DNA of 64,000 nucleotides from an uncultured Verrucomicrobiae bacterium (GTDB lineage: Bacteria > Verrucomicrobiota > Verrucomicrobiia > Opitutales > JABDGR01), in NCBI GenBank assembly GCA_963765205.1, contig CAVXVB010000009.1, positions 1,184,001-1,248,000 on the forward strand, given 5' to 3'. Made by a program: the position numbers and the translations under genes. The notes beneath the pieces were generated by a model, which was not told where the DNA came from, made no database searches, and saw nothing but the letters and a program-made list of their open reading frames with translations. Shown here in pieces: positions 20,301 to 30,381 of the stretch (its first letter is position 1; each line of letters begins with the position of its first letter).

Positions 20301-21395
20301 GGCGAATTCCAGGGCGGGCCGCAGTCCTGCACGCCATCTATCAAACCCAGCCCATAGGCGTCCACCGCGGGCAGCGTATGCTCACCCGCTAATAATTCGT
20401 GGCACAGGACAAAGGCAAAATACCACAGGACCCGTAAATAGGGTTTGGTGGATTGCAACAGGAACACCCGTGCGGCCCTGGGATTTTCAAGACGCATCCG
20501 TTCGTAAACCGCGTGTTCGGTTTCGGCAAAAAAGTCGCCGCGGAAGGTTTTGGCCAGGTCATGCACCACCGCCGGGTGCTGGTTGTGGGTGAGGTTGTGC
20601 AGGAGAAGGAAATCCATCATCAGCTCCGCCAGGCCGTGAGCGGTTCCCGCCCGGCTGACCCAGCCGGCGTCCCGCGTCACAAAATCCAAAGCGGCTTTGC
20701 AGACGACGGCGTCCAGAGCCGCCCGATCGGCTGGGTCTTTGGGTGGCCGGCGCAATGGCAAGAGCGAGGCCACCGCGAAAATTAACCGCCAGCGGGCGAA
20801 CGTCACTTCCAGCAGTTTCCTGGACGCAGTCGCAGTCAACTGCCGGCCAACCTCCGCGAGATGGCGTTGCAAAAATTCCGCAGGTTCCGCCCGTGGGGCG
20901 CTTTCCGCCCTGCGCAGCCCGCTCCGTTCCACGATCCGGCCCAGCACCCGTTCCGCCAGCATCCAGGCCAGTCGCCGATTTTCCCGGTCCAGCCGCAGGG
21001 CCAGGGTCAGCGCCTTTTCCCGGTTGAAGGCCTGAATCTTTTTCAGGCGCGGGTATCGCACGCCGTGAAAATGCAAATGGGCGTTCTTGCGCGCATAGGC
21101 CCGGTGCCCAATGACCAGCAGGCACGCGGCCGCGCTATGCGCGCACTGGGCGAAGGTGATGATTTTCGGCACCGGCCGCGTCCGGTGGGACCGGCGCCAA
21201 CAATTGCCTGAGCCGGTAAAACGCCTCCAATTCGCCGCCGCCGCAATTGATTGAGATCACCAGGGGGTAAGCCTGCCGCTTCAGCAAAGGCCTGATTTTA
21301 GCAGCCAGCCGGATGGCCGCCGGCTTGGTCAACGGCCCATGAACCTGGATCGGCGACGGTGCGGTGATGAGGCGCTGCGGGTGGGGTTTCGGCAT
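20297..21395 (-). CDS. ClpP-like (peptidase S14/crotonase fold) protein with long helical C-terminal part; frameshift ~21175-21185
   Basis: First frame VHGPL...ISINCGGGE; second frame IITFAQCAHSAAACLLVIG..AYARKNAHLHFHG (Ser and His motifs) and terminal AVDAYGLGLIDGV; ATGA overlap with GT25. Confidence 0.7.
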
Positions 21396-21596
21396 GGAAG
21401 GCCGGAGAAAATTTATTCGCCAGACGCACACAGGATACCGCCCGCCATCCCGGGCACCAAGGCAAAAAAATCTTGCTTCCGCATCACAGTCACCGGAAGA
21501 CGCGACGGGAAAACCTTGACCGGCCGGCCCCGCTCTTGCTCTATTGGCCATGGGTTGCTTAGGGAGCGCACCGACCAGCCCCGCGCAGCCCGAACC

Positions 21597-22226
21597 ATGA
21601 ATATTTCCCGCCAGTATCGTTTCATTTTCATCCATTGCCAAAAAACCGCCGGCCGGAGCATGGATCTCTATTTGAAAAAAAACGTGCCCGATTTACGCCA
21701 AATGCTGCCCCGCCACGCTTACACCGTGGACGGCATCCAGAAACTCGGCCGCCCGCGCTGGGACAACTTTTACTCCTTTGGTTTTGTGCGCAACCCCTGG
21801 GCCCGCCTGGTCTCCTGGTATTGCATGATCATGGAAAGCCCCACGGACGAAGGGGGCAAATTTTGGCGGTATGTCCGGGACCACGCCACGACTTTTGAGG
21901 AATTCCTGACAAAATGCCAGCAGCCCGTGGTCGAAACCAAGGGAAAATTTCGTTACGCGAAAAGCCTGGTCCGCAACCAACTGGACTATTTCACGGATGA
22001 GCACGGCAAGGTCGCGGTCAATTTTATCGGGCGCTTTGAAGCGCTGGACCGGGATTTCGCCCGCGTCCAGCAGCAGCTGGGCCTGCCGCCCGGCCCGCTC
22101 CCGAAAGTTAATGTCGGGCGCCCGAAAGACTACCAAAGCTTTTACACTCGGCGGACGCGGGCGCTGGTAGCCAAGCGATTCCAACGCGACATTGATTTTT
22201 TTGGATACACCTTTGATGACGCTTGA
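21597..22226 (+). CDS. Sulfotransferase family 2 protein
   Basis: FIFIHCQKTAGRSM (5'-PSB), FVRNPWARLVSWY (3'-PB), FIGRFE, DIDFFGYTF. Confidence 0.9.
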   Translation: MNISRQYRFIFIHCQKTAGRSMDLYLKKNVPDLRQMLPRHAYTVDGIQKLGRPRWDNFYSFGFVRNPWARLVSWYCMIMESPTDEGGKFWRYVRDHATTFEEFLTKCQQPVVETKGKFRYAKSLVRNQLDYFTDEHGKVAVNFIGRFEALDRDFARVQQQLGLPPGPLPKVNVGRPKDYQSFYTRRTRALVAKRFQRDIDFFGYTFDDA

Positions 22227-22893
22227 AGGCCGCCGAAATTCTTTTTTGATCATGCTCGCCTGGAAGCCAACGCCCTTCATCTTCATCCACATTCCCCGGT
22301 GTGGCGGGACCAGCGTGGAGCAGGCGCTCATCCCGCGAACCACGCTGGCGCAGTCCTGGCAGGAACTCTCCCGGGTGGAGCGGTCGCGGCACTGGCTCCA
22401 TGGGAGCCGCGGCCGGCAGCACTCGAAACTGTTGGAGATGGCGAAGTATCTCCGTCTGGGCGAGTATTTCAAATTCACTTTTGTGCGCAATCCCTGGGCC
22501 CGGGCTGTGTCGCAAATTGAATTTCTGCGCGCCGGCAGCGCCCGCACGCTGTTGCCCGGCCAGACCTTCAAGGAAAACCTCCGCATTTATTGTGCAAGCA
22601 AGCAATGCCGGTATGGCCACGATCTGGCCGCCTGCCAATTTGAGTATTTGCAGGATAATAAAGGCGGCTTGTGCATGGACTTTGTGGGGCGGTTTGAGTT
22701 GTTGGAAAGTGATTTTCGCAAGGCCTGCCGCATCATCGGCCTGCGGCCCATTCCGGCGTTGCCGCACACCAACAATTCCCACCGGCGGCGGCACTACAGC
22801 ACTTATTACGACGAGGAGTCGGCGGAATGGATTCGCGAGCGTTTTGCGAAGGATATCGAGCATTTCGGATATAAATTCAGAAAGGAATCTTAA
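22216..22893 (+). CDS. Sulfotransferase family 2 protein (paralogue)
   Basis: FIFIHIPRCGGTSV, FVRNPWARAVS, FVGRFE, DIEHFGYKF; alternative start 22252. Confidence 0.9.
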   Translation: MTLEGRRNSFLIMLAWKPTPFIFIHIPRCGGTSVEQALIPRTTLAQSWQELSRVERSRHWLHGSRGRQHSKLLEMAKYLRLGEYFKFTFVRNPWARAVSQIEFLRAGSARTLLPGQTFKENLRIYCASKQCRYGHDLAACQFEYLQDNKGGLCMDFVGRFELLESDFRKACRIIGLRPIPALPHTNNSHRRRHYSTYYDEESAEWIRERFAKDIEHFGYKFRKES

Positions 22894-23017
22894 CACCGTC
22901 CAAACAACAACCGCGAATCGCCCAAAACCTTGCATAAATGAGCCGCCCTGCCTATATCTTTGACAAAGCCACCCACCGGCCTCACCTTGCCTGCGTCCCG
23001 GCTGGGGCCGGGCCGTC

Positions 23018-23890
23018 ATGATCTACCTTCTGGGCGGTGCGGGATATGTTGGCCAGGCGTATCAAAAATTGCTGCGCGAAAAAGGCGTGCCCTTCGCCAG
23101 CCTCACCCGCGCCGAAGTGGACTACACCCAACCCGCCGTCCTGCTCGCCGCCCTGCGCGCCGGCCGCCCGGAATTTCTCATCAACGCCGCCGGCTTCACC
23201 GGCCAGCCGACCGTGGACGCCTGCGAGCTGCACAAGACGGAGTGCCTGGCCGCCAACGCCGTGCTACCGGGGCGCATCGCGGAGGCCTGTGCGGCGGCGG
23301 GTATTCCGTGGGCGCATATTTCCTCCGGGTGTATTTATGCGGGCGCGCGCCCGGATGGCGCGGGCTTTACCGAGGAAGACATGCCCAACTTCACTTTCCG
23401 GGCCGGTCCGTGCTCGTTCTATAGTGGAACCAAGGCCCTGGGCGAAGAAGTGTTGGCCGGCCAGCCCAACATTTATATATGGCGCCTGCGGATGCCGTTT
23501 GACCAGCTCGACCATCCGCGCAATTATCTGAGCAAACTCATGCGCTATTCCCGGCTGCTGTCCGTGACGAACTCGCTGTCTGAACGACAGGAATTTGCCG
23601 CCGCCACCTGGGCCTGTTGGGAACGGCGCCTGCCCTTCGGCACTTATAACGTTACCAATCCCGGCCGTGTAACCACTCCGGAAGTCGTCGAGCTGATCCA
23701 GCGCAGCGGTGTCTGCCCGAAGGAGTTTGCTTATTTCGACAGCGAGGAGGAGTTCAGGCGGGTCGCGGCCAAAACACCCCGCTCGCATTGTGTGCTCGAT
23801 TCCTCGAAACTGGCTCGCGCCGGCATCCGATTGACGGAAGTTCACGAAGCCATCGCGCGCGACCTGCGCCAATGGCAAAAGGCAGCCTGA
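23018..23890 (+). CDS. dTDP-4-dehydrorhamnose reductase family, NRS/ER (UER1)-like epimerase/reductase
   Basis: GGAGYVG, GFTGQPTVDACE, GFTEEDMPNF..SFYSGTK, LRMPF, PRNYLSKL. Confidence 0.8.
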   Translation: MIYLLGGAGYVGQAYQKLLREKGVPFASLTRAEVDYTQPAVLLAALRAGRPEFLINAAGFTGQPTVDACELHKTECLAANAVLPGRIAEACAAAGIPWAHISSGCIYAGARPDGAGFTEEDMPNFTFRAGPCSFYSGTKALGEEVLAGQPNIYIWRLRMPFDQLDHPRNYLSKLMRYSRLLSVTNSLSERQEFAAATWACWERRLPFGTYNVTNPGRVTTPEVVELIQRSGVCPKEFAYFDSEEEFRRVAAKTPRSHCVLDSSKLARAGIRLTEVHEAIARDLRQWQKAA

Positions 23891-23903
23891 CCATCCTGCG
23901 ACC

Positions 23904-24980
23904 ATGAACCTGCTTGTCACCGGCGGCTGCGGCTTTATCGGCAGCAACTTTATCCGCCAGCGCCTGGCGGAGAAAGATTCGTCGTTACAACGGTTAGTGA
24001 ACCTCGACCTGCTCACTTACGCCGGCAACCTAGCCAACCTGGCCGATGTGGCTGCCGACCCGCGCTATGTTTTTGTCCATGGCGATATTGGCGATAGTGC
24101 GCTGGTGGGGGAATTGCTGAAGCAGCAGCGTATCAAAGCCATCGTCCAATTTGCCGCCGAGTCGCATGTGGATCGTTCCATTGATTCGCCCGAGCCGTTT
24201 GCGCAGACCAACGTGCTGGGGTCGTTGCGCCTGCTCGACGCGGCCAGGAGCTATTGGCGCGGTCTCGGTGAAGCGGAAAAAAAATCGTTTCGCTTCCTCC
24301 ACATTTCAACCGATGAAGTGTTTGGCGATTTGCCGGAAGGCAGCCTGCCCGCCACGGAAGCATCGCCCTACGCGCCCAATTCACCCTACGCCGCCTCGAA
24401 AGCCGCCAGCGACCACCTTGTGCGCGCGTATGGGCGAACCTACCAATTGCCCGTGCTCACGATTAATTCGACCAACAATTTTGGCCCGTTTCAATTTCCG
24501 GAAAAACTCATTCCGCTGGTCATCCTCAACGCGCTCGAAAACAAGCCCATTCCGGTTTATGGCGACGGCCAGCAGGTGCGCGACTGGATTTATGTCGAGG
24601 ATCATTGCGCCGCCATCTGGCGCGTGTTGCGCGAGGGTAAAATTGGCGAAACTTACAATGTCAGCGCGGGCCAGACACTCGCCAATCTGAACGTAGTCCG
24701 CCAGGTTTGCGCGCTGCTTGACGCCCGCGCCCCGCGCAAGGACGGCCGGAGTTATTTCAAGCAAATCACCTTTGTCGCCGACCGGCCCGGCCACGACCGC
24801 CGCTACGCCCTGGACGCCGCTAAAATCCGCCGCGCACTCGGTTGGGCGCCGGTCGAATCGTTCGCCACCGGCCTCGCCAAGACTGTCGAGTGGTATTTGA
24901 CGAACCGCCCCTGGTGCGATGAAATCACCCAGCGCAAATACGCGCGTGCGCGTCTGGGCGCGCCCCCCTCCTCCCCATGA
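23904..24980 (+). CDS. rfbB: dTDP-glucose 4,6-dehydratase
   Basis: [47 protein letters not shown]. Confidence 0.96.
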   Translation: MNLLVTGGCGFIGSNFIRQRLAEKDSSLQRLVNLDLLTYAGNLANLADVAADPRYVFVHGDIGDSALVGELLKQQRIKAIVQFAAESHVDRSIDSPEPFAQTNVLGSLRLLDAARSYWRGLGEAEKKSFRFLHISTDEVFGDLPEGSLPATEASPYAPNSPYAASKAASDHLVRAYGRTYQLPVLTINSTNNFGPFQFPEKLIPLVILNALENKPIPVYGDGQQVRDWIYVEDHCAAIWRVLREGKIGETYNVSAGQTLANLNVVRQVCALLDARAPRKDGRSYFKQITFVADRPGHDRRYALDAAKIRRALGWAPVESFATGLAKTVEWYLTNRPWCDEITQRKYARARLGAPPSSP

Positions 24981-25855
24981 AGCGCAAAGGCATCATCCTC
25001 GCCGGCGGCTCCGGCACCCGCTTGTTTCCGCTCACCCAGGCGGTTTCCAAGCAACTCATGCCTGTCTATGACAAGCCGATGATTTATTACCCGCTCTCGG
25101 TGCTCATGCTGGCCGGCATTCGGGAAATTCTCGTCATCACGACCCCGGCCGACCGACTACTCTTCGAGCGCCTGCTGGGTGACGGCGGGCAATTCGGCCT
25201 CCGGCTTAGTTACGCGGAGCAACCCGAGCCCGGAGGCCTGGCGCAGGCTTTCCTCATCGGGGCGGATTTTCTTGGCGCGGCCCCGTCCGCGCTCATCCTC
25301 GGCGACAATCTCTTCTACGGCCACGATTTCGTGAAATCGCTGCGGGCCGCCGACACCAATGCCCGCGGTGCAACCATCTTTGGCTACCACGTCGCCAACC
25401 CCTCCGCCTATGGCGTCGTCGAGTTCGGCGCCAACGGCGCGGTGCGATCCCTCGATGAAAAGCCCACCCAGCCGAAATCCCAATATGCCGTCCCCGGGCT
25501 GTATTTTTATGACCGCGACGCCGTCCGCCTCGCCCGCCAATTAAAACCGTCTAAACGCGGCGAACTCGAAATCACCGACTTGAACCGGCTGTATCTGGAG
25601 CGGGGAAAATTGCGGGTCGAGTTGCTGGGGCGGGGCACCGCGTGGCTCGACACCGGCACGCCCGACTCCCTGCTCGACGCCGCGCAATTCGTCCAAGTCC
25701 TCGAACAGCGCCAGGGCCTGAAGATCGCCTGCCTGGAGGAAATCGCCTTCCGCCAAAAATGGATCACCCGCGCCCAGTTGGAACAGCAAATCACCCGCCA
25801 CGGCCACTCTGCCTATGGTGGCTATTTGCGCGGGTTGCTCGATACATCACGCTGA
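24977..25855 (+). CDS. rfbA: Glucose-1-phosphate thymidylyltransferase
   Basis: [44 protein letters not shown]. Confidence 0.96.
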   Translation: MKRKGIILAGGSGTRLFPLTQAVSKQLMPVYDKPMIYYPLSVLMLAGIREILVITTPADRLLFERLLGDGGQFGLRLSYAEQPEPGGLAQAFLIGADFLGAAPSALILGDNLFYGHDFVKSLRAADTNARGATIFGYHVANPSAYGVVEFGANGAVRSLDEKPTQPKSQYAVPGLYFYDRDAVRLARQLKPSKRGELEITDLNRLYLERGKLRVELLGRGTAWLDTGTPDSLLDAAQFVQVLEQRQGLKIACLEEIAFRQKWITRAQLEQQITRHGHSAYGGYLRGLLDTSR

Positions 25856-26493
25856 ATTAGCTGCCCCGTCTTCAGCAGCCGGTTGCGCAGGGGCTGATAG
25901 GGCAAATCCAGAAACTTCAGGATTTTCCGGGCGTATTTTTTCGGTAGTTCATTCACCTGCGCGTTGCCGGTCAGTTCCTCGTAGCGGAGGGTAAGCAGGT
26001 CGGGGTGCGCGGCGAGGAGCCTGGTGTGTTTTTGCTGCTCGACGATAATTTTGCGCAAGCGGTCCGGATTGACCTCGAAGGGGCGGTTGGGGGGCGGGAC
26101 ATCGCCGAGTTGATAATGCGCCTTGCACTGCGCGCCGTAAAACTTCCGGTTGGCGCGGCGCTGGCCGCAACTGCGCGCGACCTGCTCCGGGTCGCGCAGC
26201 AAGTGGATGGTTTTGAAATTGAAAATCGAGCCGCACAGTTGCTCGAATGTTTCGATTTGGGAATACATCACGATGGCGGTGTTGAGCAAGCCGGGCCGGT
26301 TGGCGAAGATGCCGTCGCGCCGGTGCCGGGTGCACAGTGCGCGGTTGCCGGCGTGTAATTGATAGCGATGCACGCATTCGCCTCGCCCGTGGACGAGGGG
26401 ATGGCTGCCGAGGGACGCCTCCAAAAAATGCGTGCCACTGCGCTGGTAGCTCACAATGAGGACATCGGGCGGGTCAAAAATTTTTGACGGCAT
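25822..26493 (-). CDS. Sulfotransferase (Stf0/Sulfotransfer_1-like)
   Basis: [13 protein letters not shown]-binding loop, IHLLRDP..VARS, LRYEEL. Confidence 0.75.
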   Translation of the reverse strand: MPSKIFDPPDVLIVSYQRSGTHFLEASLGSHPLVHGRGECVHRYQLHAGNRALCTRHRRDGIFANRPGLLNTAIVMYSQIETFEQLCGSIFNFKTIHLLRDPEQVARSCGQRRANRKFYGAQCKAHYQLGDVPPPNRPFEVNPDRLRKIIVEQQKHTRLLAAHPDLLTLRYEELTGNAQVNELPKKYARKILKFLDLPYQPLRNRLLKTGQLIQRDVSSNPRK

Positions 26494-26604
26494 TTTGAAT
26501 TTAGGAGCAACGCGAAGTTAGGCTGGCGGCGGCGGGAAGGCAAGTCCGCGCCGAGTAAAATCGAAATTGACAGGGGACAACCTCGTGCGCAATGTGGGCG
26601 CATC

Positions 26605-26997
26605 GTGCGTGCCTGGTTCCAACGCGGGTTTGCCCTTCTGCTCATCATGGCGGTGGCCGTGGCGGGGAACTTGCATTTGCCCTTGGTGCAGGCGGTGGCG
26701 TGGGCGCGGATGTATGCCCAATATCGCGAAGTTTACAATGCAGAGACGTCGCGGCACCTTACTTTCAGCGGGCAATATCCCTGCTCCTTATGCAAATTAG
26801 TGGCGGGGGCGGAAAAAGACCGCGATAGCATGGCGGGCACGGCGGTTTCCAGCCTCCGCGTTCTGCTGCCTTTCCCGCAGCCGGTCAATTTGGTGGTGCA
26901 ACCCACAGAAATTCAGAATGGCGGGTGGACTGAACCAGTGGCGTTTATCGCAAGCGCGACGGCCCAGCCGGAATTGCCGCCTCCGCGGTGGGCCTAA
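26605..26997 (+). CDS. Small membrane protein with CxxC and PPP terminus (DUF2946-like)
   Basis: TM segment, LVQAVAWARMY, FSGQYPCSLC, C-terminal PELPPPR; precedes an OM beta-barrel. Confidence 0.55.
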   Translation: MRAWFQRGFALLLIMAVAVAGNLHLPLVQAVAWARMYAQYREVYNAETSRHLTFSGQYPCSLCKLVAGAEKDRDSMAGTAVSSLRVLLPFPQPVNLVVQPTEIQNGGWTEPVAFIASATAQPELPPPRWA

Positions 26998-27168
26998 ACT
27001 CGTCCCGGAGGTTTCCGGGAGATTTATCATGATCGGGCGGCGGGCGCGTGAGTTCCAAGCGGTGAGCCCGCGGCCCTTGGTGGGCGTGTCCTGTGGATGC
27101 GCCAGTTTCCGTTAAAGTAATCGGCTGCGGGTTTCTGTTGGAATCGCGGCCCAGTTAATTCAAATGTC

Positions 27169-28170
27169 ATGAAAAAATATCTTATTCCCGTATCCTTGTT
27201 TGTTCTTTCCGCGGCGTCCCTGTGGGCCTGCGATTCATGTGGTTGTGAGTTTTGCGACCCGGGTGGGTTGTTTTCCGACGTGGTGTTTACCAAGGGCGCC
27301 GCCGGCACCGGCCCCGAACCGCAGTCCTACTTCTTTATGAATCTCGTGCAGCAGTATACCGACTACGGCACGTTGAAGAACGTGCCCGCCGGCGTTTCGA
27401 CCAATCAATGGGAAAATAGTTTCATCACGCAGTTCATCTTTGGCTATCAAATCAATCCGGATTTGAATGTGCAGTTGAACGTGCCCTACATCTACCGTTC
27501 CTACCAGATTGAAACGTTGAACAACACGTTGTTTAGCGGCGAAGTCAACGGCCTGGGCGACATCCGATTGATCGTCAATTACACCGCCTTCGAGAAGGAA
27601 ACGGCTGACTCGGACTTTAGCTGGCGCGTGTCCGGCGGAATCAAGCTGCCCACCGGCGATGACCATCTGCTGGCGCAGGAAGACCCCAACGCCGCGGCTT
27701 CCAACTTGAACGGGCCGGCCGCCGCTTCCGGTGGGCACGACCTGGCGCTGGGCAGCGGCTCGGTGGACGGAATCCTGGCCACCGGCATTGACTACGACTG
27801 GCAGCGGCTCCTCTTCACGGCTGACGTGGACTACACCATTCGCAGCCAAGGCTACGCCGGCTACCGCTACTCGAACGAACTGGGTTGGAGTGCTGGACCA
27901 GGCTACCGCGTTTGGCGGGACGATGCGCACGACTTGGCCCTGCAACTCCTGGCCGAGGGCGAATACAAGGCCGCCGACACTGTTCAAGGCAGCGGCACCA
28001 GCGACACCTTCGTTTCCTTGGTCGAGGTGGGGCCGAACGTGATCTTTGAGTGGAATAAAGTCCTCGCCGCGCACGTCCAGGCGGAAATTCCCGTCATGCT
28101 GCACTACGACGACGGATTTCAAGCCGTCCCGACATTCCGGCTCAAGGCCAGCGTCACGTTCAGCCTGTGA
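27169..28170 (+). CDS. Outer-membrane beta-barrel transporter-like protein with N-terminal Cys cluster
   Basis: Signal peptide then CDSCGCEFC; GLGDI, GIKLPTG, LGSGSVD motifs; terminal amphipathic strand. Confidence 0.65.
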   Translation: MKKYLIPVSLFVLSAASLWACDSCGCEFCDPGGLFSDVVFTKGAAGTGPEPQSYFFMNLVQQYTDYGTLKNVPAGVSTNQWENSFITQFIFGYQINPDLNVQLNVPYIYRSYQIETLNNTLFSGEVNGLGDIRLIVNYTAFEKETADSDFSWRVSGGIKLPTGDDHLLAQEDPNAAASNLNGPAAASGGHDLALGSGSVDGILATGIDYDWQRLLFTADVDYTIRSQGYAGYRYSNELGWSAGPGYRVWRDDAHDLALQLLAEGEYKAADTVQGSGTSDTFVSLVEVGPNVIFEWNKVLAAHVQAEIPVMLHYDDGFQAVPTFRLKASVTFSL

Positions 28171-28234
28171 GGAATAGCGAAATACGCTTGAAAAGCCGGC
28201 CTGGGCGCGTTGTAGTGGCGCCTAGGCTGGTGAT

Positions 28235-28306
28235 GGTGCGGTAGCCAAGTGGTAAGGCCGGAGTCTGCAAAACTCCCACACGTCGGTTCGATTCCGACCC
28301 GCACCT
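28235..28306 (+). tRNA. tRNA-Cys(GCA)
   Basis: Acceptor GGTGCGG/CCGCACC, D arm TAGCCAAGTGGTAAGGC, anticodon arm GGAGT-CTGCAAA-ACTCC, T loop GGTTCGATTCC, discriminator U; CCA not encoded. Confidence 0.96.
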
Positions 28307-28488
28307 CCCTTTTTTTACCCGCGCACGGAACTTATAAACGGCGGCCAGCGAGGATTAGGGTAAAATGCCGGAAGTGAAAATGAAGGTTGCCTTTGGCGTT
28401 GATTGCGTAATGATGACGGGGCTAGACGAGGCGTGGCGGTCGGTCGCCCAAATTTGGGCGCGCCGATGCTATCCCACGCTTCCCAGCA

Positions 28489-29232
28489 ATGAAATTTTTG
28501 CCTTCCGCCGCTGGCTTGCGCCGCTACTTCTGCGCCATCGCCGTCATGGCATTGTGCGGTGGGTTGGTGTTGCTGACGACCATGCGGGCGACCGATTCCC
28601 CCGTCAGTCCAGACACCCCGGTTAACGCAACTGCTCCGATTAGTGCAACTGCTCCGGTTAGGGCGGATGCTCCGACCAAGGCGGATGGACCGACCAAGAC
28701 CGAGGCTCCAACCAAGGCAGACGCTCCGACCAGGGCGGATGGGCCGCCCAAAACAGAGGCCACAGCTCAAGCCGCCCCCTCGACCAAGGAGGATTGCAAG
28801 ATCATCGACCGCAAGAACTTCACCCTCAAATACCCGACTGGCTGGAAGGAGGCCACCGACGACCCGGACTATAATGCGGAAAGCCATTTCACGATCAACG
28901 GCCCGGGCAAAAAAAACAGCTATGTGACCTTCGAGATTGTGGACAAAACCGACGACACCACCAAATTGCTGGGTTCGACCATTCAAAACCTCGACGGCTC
29001 CGCCATCGAGGCGGAGACAAAGACGACGCTGGATGCGTGGGGCCAGTTCAAGGGCACCGGCATGGACCTCAAGGGCAAAATTCTGGACACCTATCCCGGC
29101 GGCATCAAGGTTTTCATCTTCAGCAGCGACCACCACAATATCATTGTGACCGAGTGTTATTGGTCCGCCGAATTAAAAGACCTCCAGGCGGACTTGGATT
29201 ACATCCGGCAGAATTTCGTGATGAAGAACTGA
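28489..29232 (+). CDS. Exported hypothetical protein with hexapeptide-repeat linker
   Basis: N-terminal hydrophobic segment, xADAPT-like repeats, then FTLKYPTGW globular domain. Confidence 0.7.
   Translation: MKFLPSAAGLRRYFCAIAVMALCGGLVLLTTMRATDSPVSPDTPVNATAPISATAPVRADAPTKADGPTKTEAPTKADAPTRADGPPKTEATAQAAPSTKEDCKIIDRKNFTLKYPTGWKEATDDPDYNAESHFTINGPGKKNSYVTFEIVDKTDDTTKLLGSTIQNLDGSAIEAETKTTLDAWGQFKGTGMDLKGKILDTYPGGIKVFIFSSDHHNIIVTECYWSAELKDLQADLDYIRQNFVMKN
28630..28761 (+). repeat. Imperfect in-frame 18-bp tandem repeat (~7 units)
   Basis: actgctccgattagtgca / actgctccggttagggcg / gatgctccgaccaaggcg / gatggaccgaccaagacc / gaggctccaaccaaggca / gacgctccgaccagggcg / gatgggccgcccaaaaca. Confidence 0.8.
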
Positions 29233-29310
29233 CCGCGCTTACTCCCCGCGCGCCCGCGCCGACCAGCCTAATTCCGGCCCCAACACCATTTTTTGCCCGA
29301 CTGCGCATCC

Positions 29311-30273
29311 ATGCCCGGCGACCCGCCCGCCACTCCGCCACCCCTTTCCGCCAGTGTGCCGCACCTGGAGGCGTTTCTCGATGAATTGCGCGGCGAGCGG
29401 CGCCTTTCCCCAAACACCGCGCGCAATTACGCGCAAGCCGTGCGCGGATTCTTTCTCTGGCTGCGGCAAAGCGAAGGCCGCGCCTTGGCCCCCGCGCAGG
29501 TGACGCGCCTGCACGCGCGCGGCTTCGTCATCGAAAGCCAGCGACGGCTCGACCGCCGGACGGTGCATTTGCATGTTTCAGCCCTGCGCGCGTTTTGGAA
29601 ATTTCTCCTGCGGCGCGGGCAGGTGCCGGCCAGCCCGTGGGTTGGGCTGGTGCTGCCGAAACTTCCGAAAAAATTGCCGCTGTTCCTGACCGAGGAACAG
29701 ATGCGCACACTCCTCGCCATTCCCGCACGCCTCGCGGAAAACCAGACCGGTGAAGGCGGCGTGAGGGAACGCGCCTTCGCAGTGAGCCGCGACTGCGTCA
29801 TGCTCGAAGTCTTATACGGCGCGGGCCTGCGCGTGAGCGAACTGGCCGGCCTCACCTGGGGCCAACTTGATTTGGACGATGGCGTCGCGCGTGTGCGCGG
29901 CAAAGGCAACAAGGAGCGCCTGTGTCCCCTCGGCGCGATGGCGGTCGAGGCCCTGCGCGCGCACCGCGCCACTTTCATGCCTGCCGCGGCTTTCAACGCG
30001 CCGGTGTTCACGGATAAAAAAGGCCGGGGCGTCTATCCCCGCTGGGTGCAATTGCGCCTGAAAATGTTTTTGAAGCTCGCCGGGTTGCCGCTCGATTTAT
30101 CGCCGCACAAACTCCGCCATTCCTTTGCCACGCATTTATTGAACAGCGGCGCGGACCTGCGGGCCGTGCAGGAGATGCTCGGCCACGCGCGCCTCTCGAC
30201 CACGCAAATTTACACCCACGTCGGCATCGCCCGCCTCCAGGAAGCGCACCGCCAGGCGCATCCGCGGGCATAA
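29311..30273 (+). CDS. xerC: Tyrosine recombinase XerC
   Basis: SPNTARNY, LYGAGLRVSEL, GKGNKER, HKLRHSFATHLL, LGHARLSTTQIYTH. Confidence 0.88.
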   Translation: MPGDPPATPPPLSASVPHLEAFLDELRGERRLSPNTARNYAQAVRGFFLWLRQSEGRALAPAQVTRLHARGFVIESQRRLDRRTVHLHVSALRAFWKFLLRRGQVPASPWVGLVLPKLPKKLPLFLTEEQMRTLLAIPARLAENQTGEGGVRERAFAVSRDCVMLEVLYGAGLRVSELAGLTWGQLDLDDGVARVRGKGNKERLCPLGAMAVEALRAHRATFMPAAAFNAPVFTDKKGRGVYPRWVQLRLKMFLKLAGLPLDLSPHKLRHSFATHLLNSGADLRAVQEMLGHARLSTTQIYTHVGIARLQEAHRQAHPRA

Positions 30274-30304
30274 GCGCCGCACGGTAGTGAATGCCCCATG
30301 CACA

Positions 30305-30335
30305 AACGGGCCTCCGGTAATTCCGGAGGCCCGTT
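30305..30335. terminator. Hairpin between convergent genes (probable terminator)
   Basis: AACGGGCCTCCGG-TAATT-CCGGAGGCCCGTT, 13-bp perfect stem. Confidence 0.75.
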
Positions 30336-30381
30336 GGCAAACTGCTTGCGCGCCTCTTGGGGAGACGCCTTGATTATCGTT

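Noticed and set aside
28630..28761. Possible CRISPR array
   Set aside because: In-frame degenerate 18-bp coding repeats without spacers; no cas genes or repeat-spacer arrays seen in the window.
30283..30299. GGTAGTGAATGCCCCAT as a sixth regulon box
   Set aside because: Left half degenerate, no -10 at 22 nt, and it lies between convergent gene ends.
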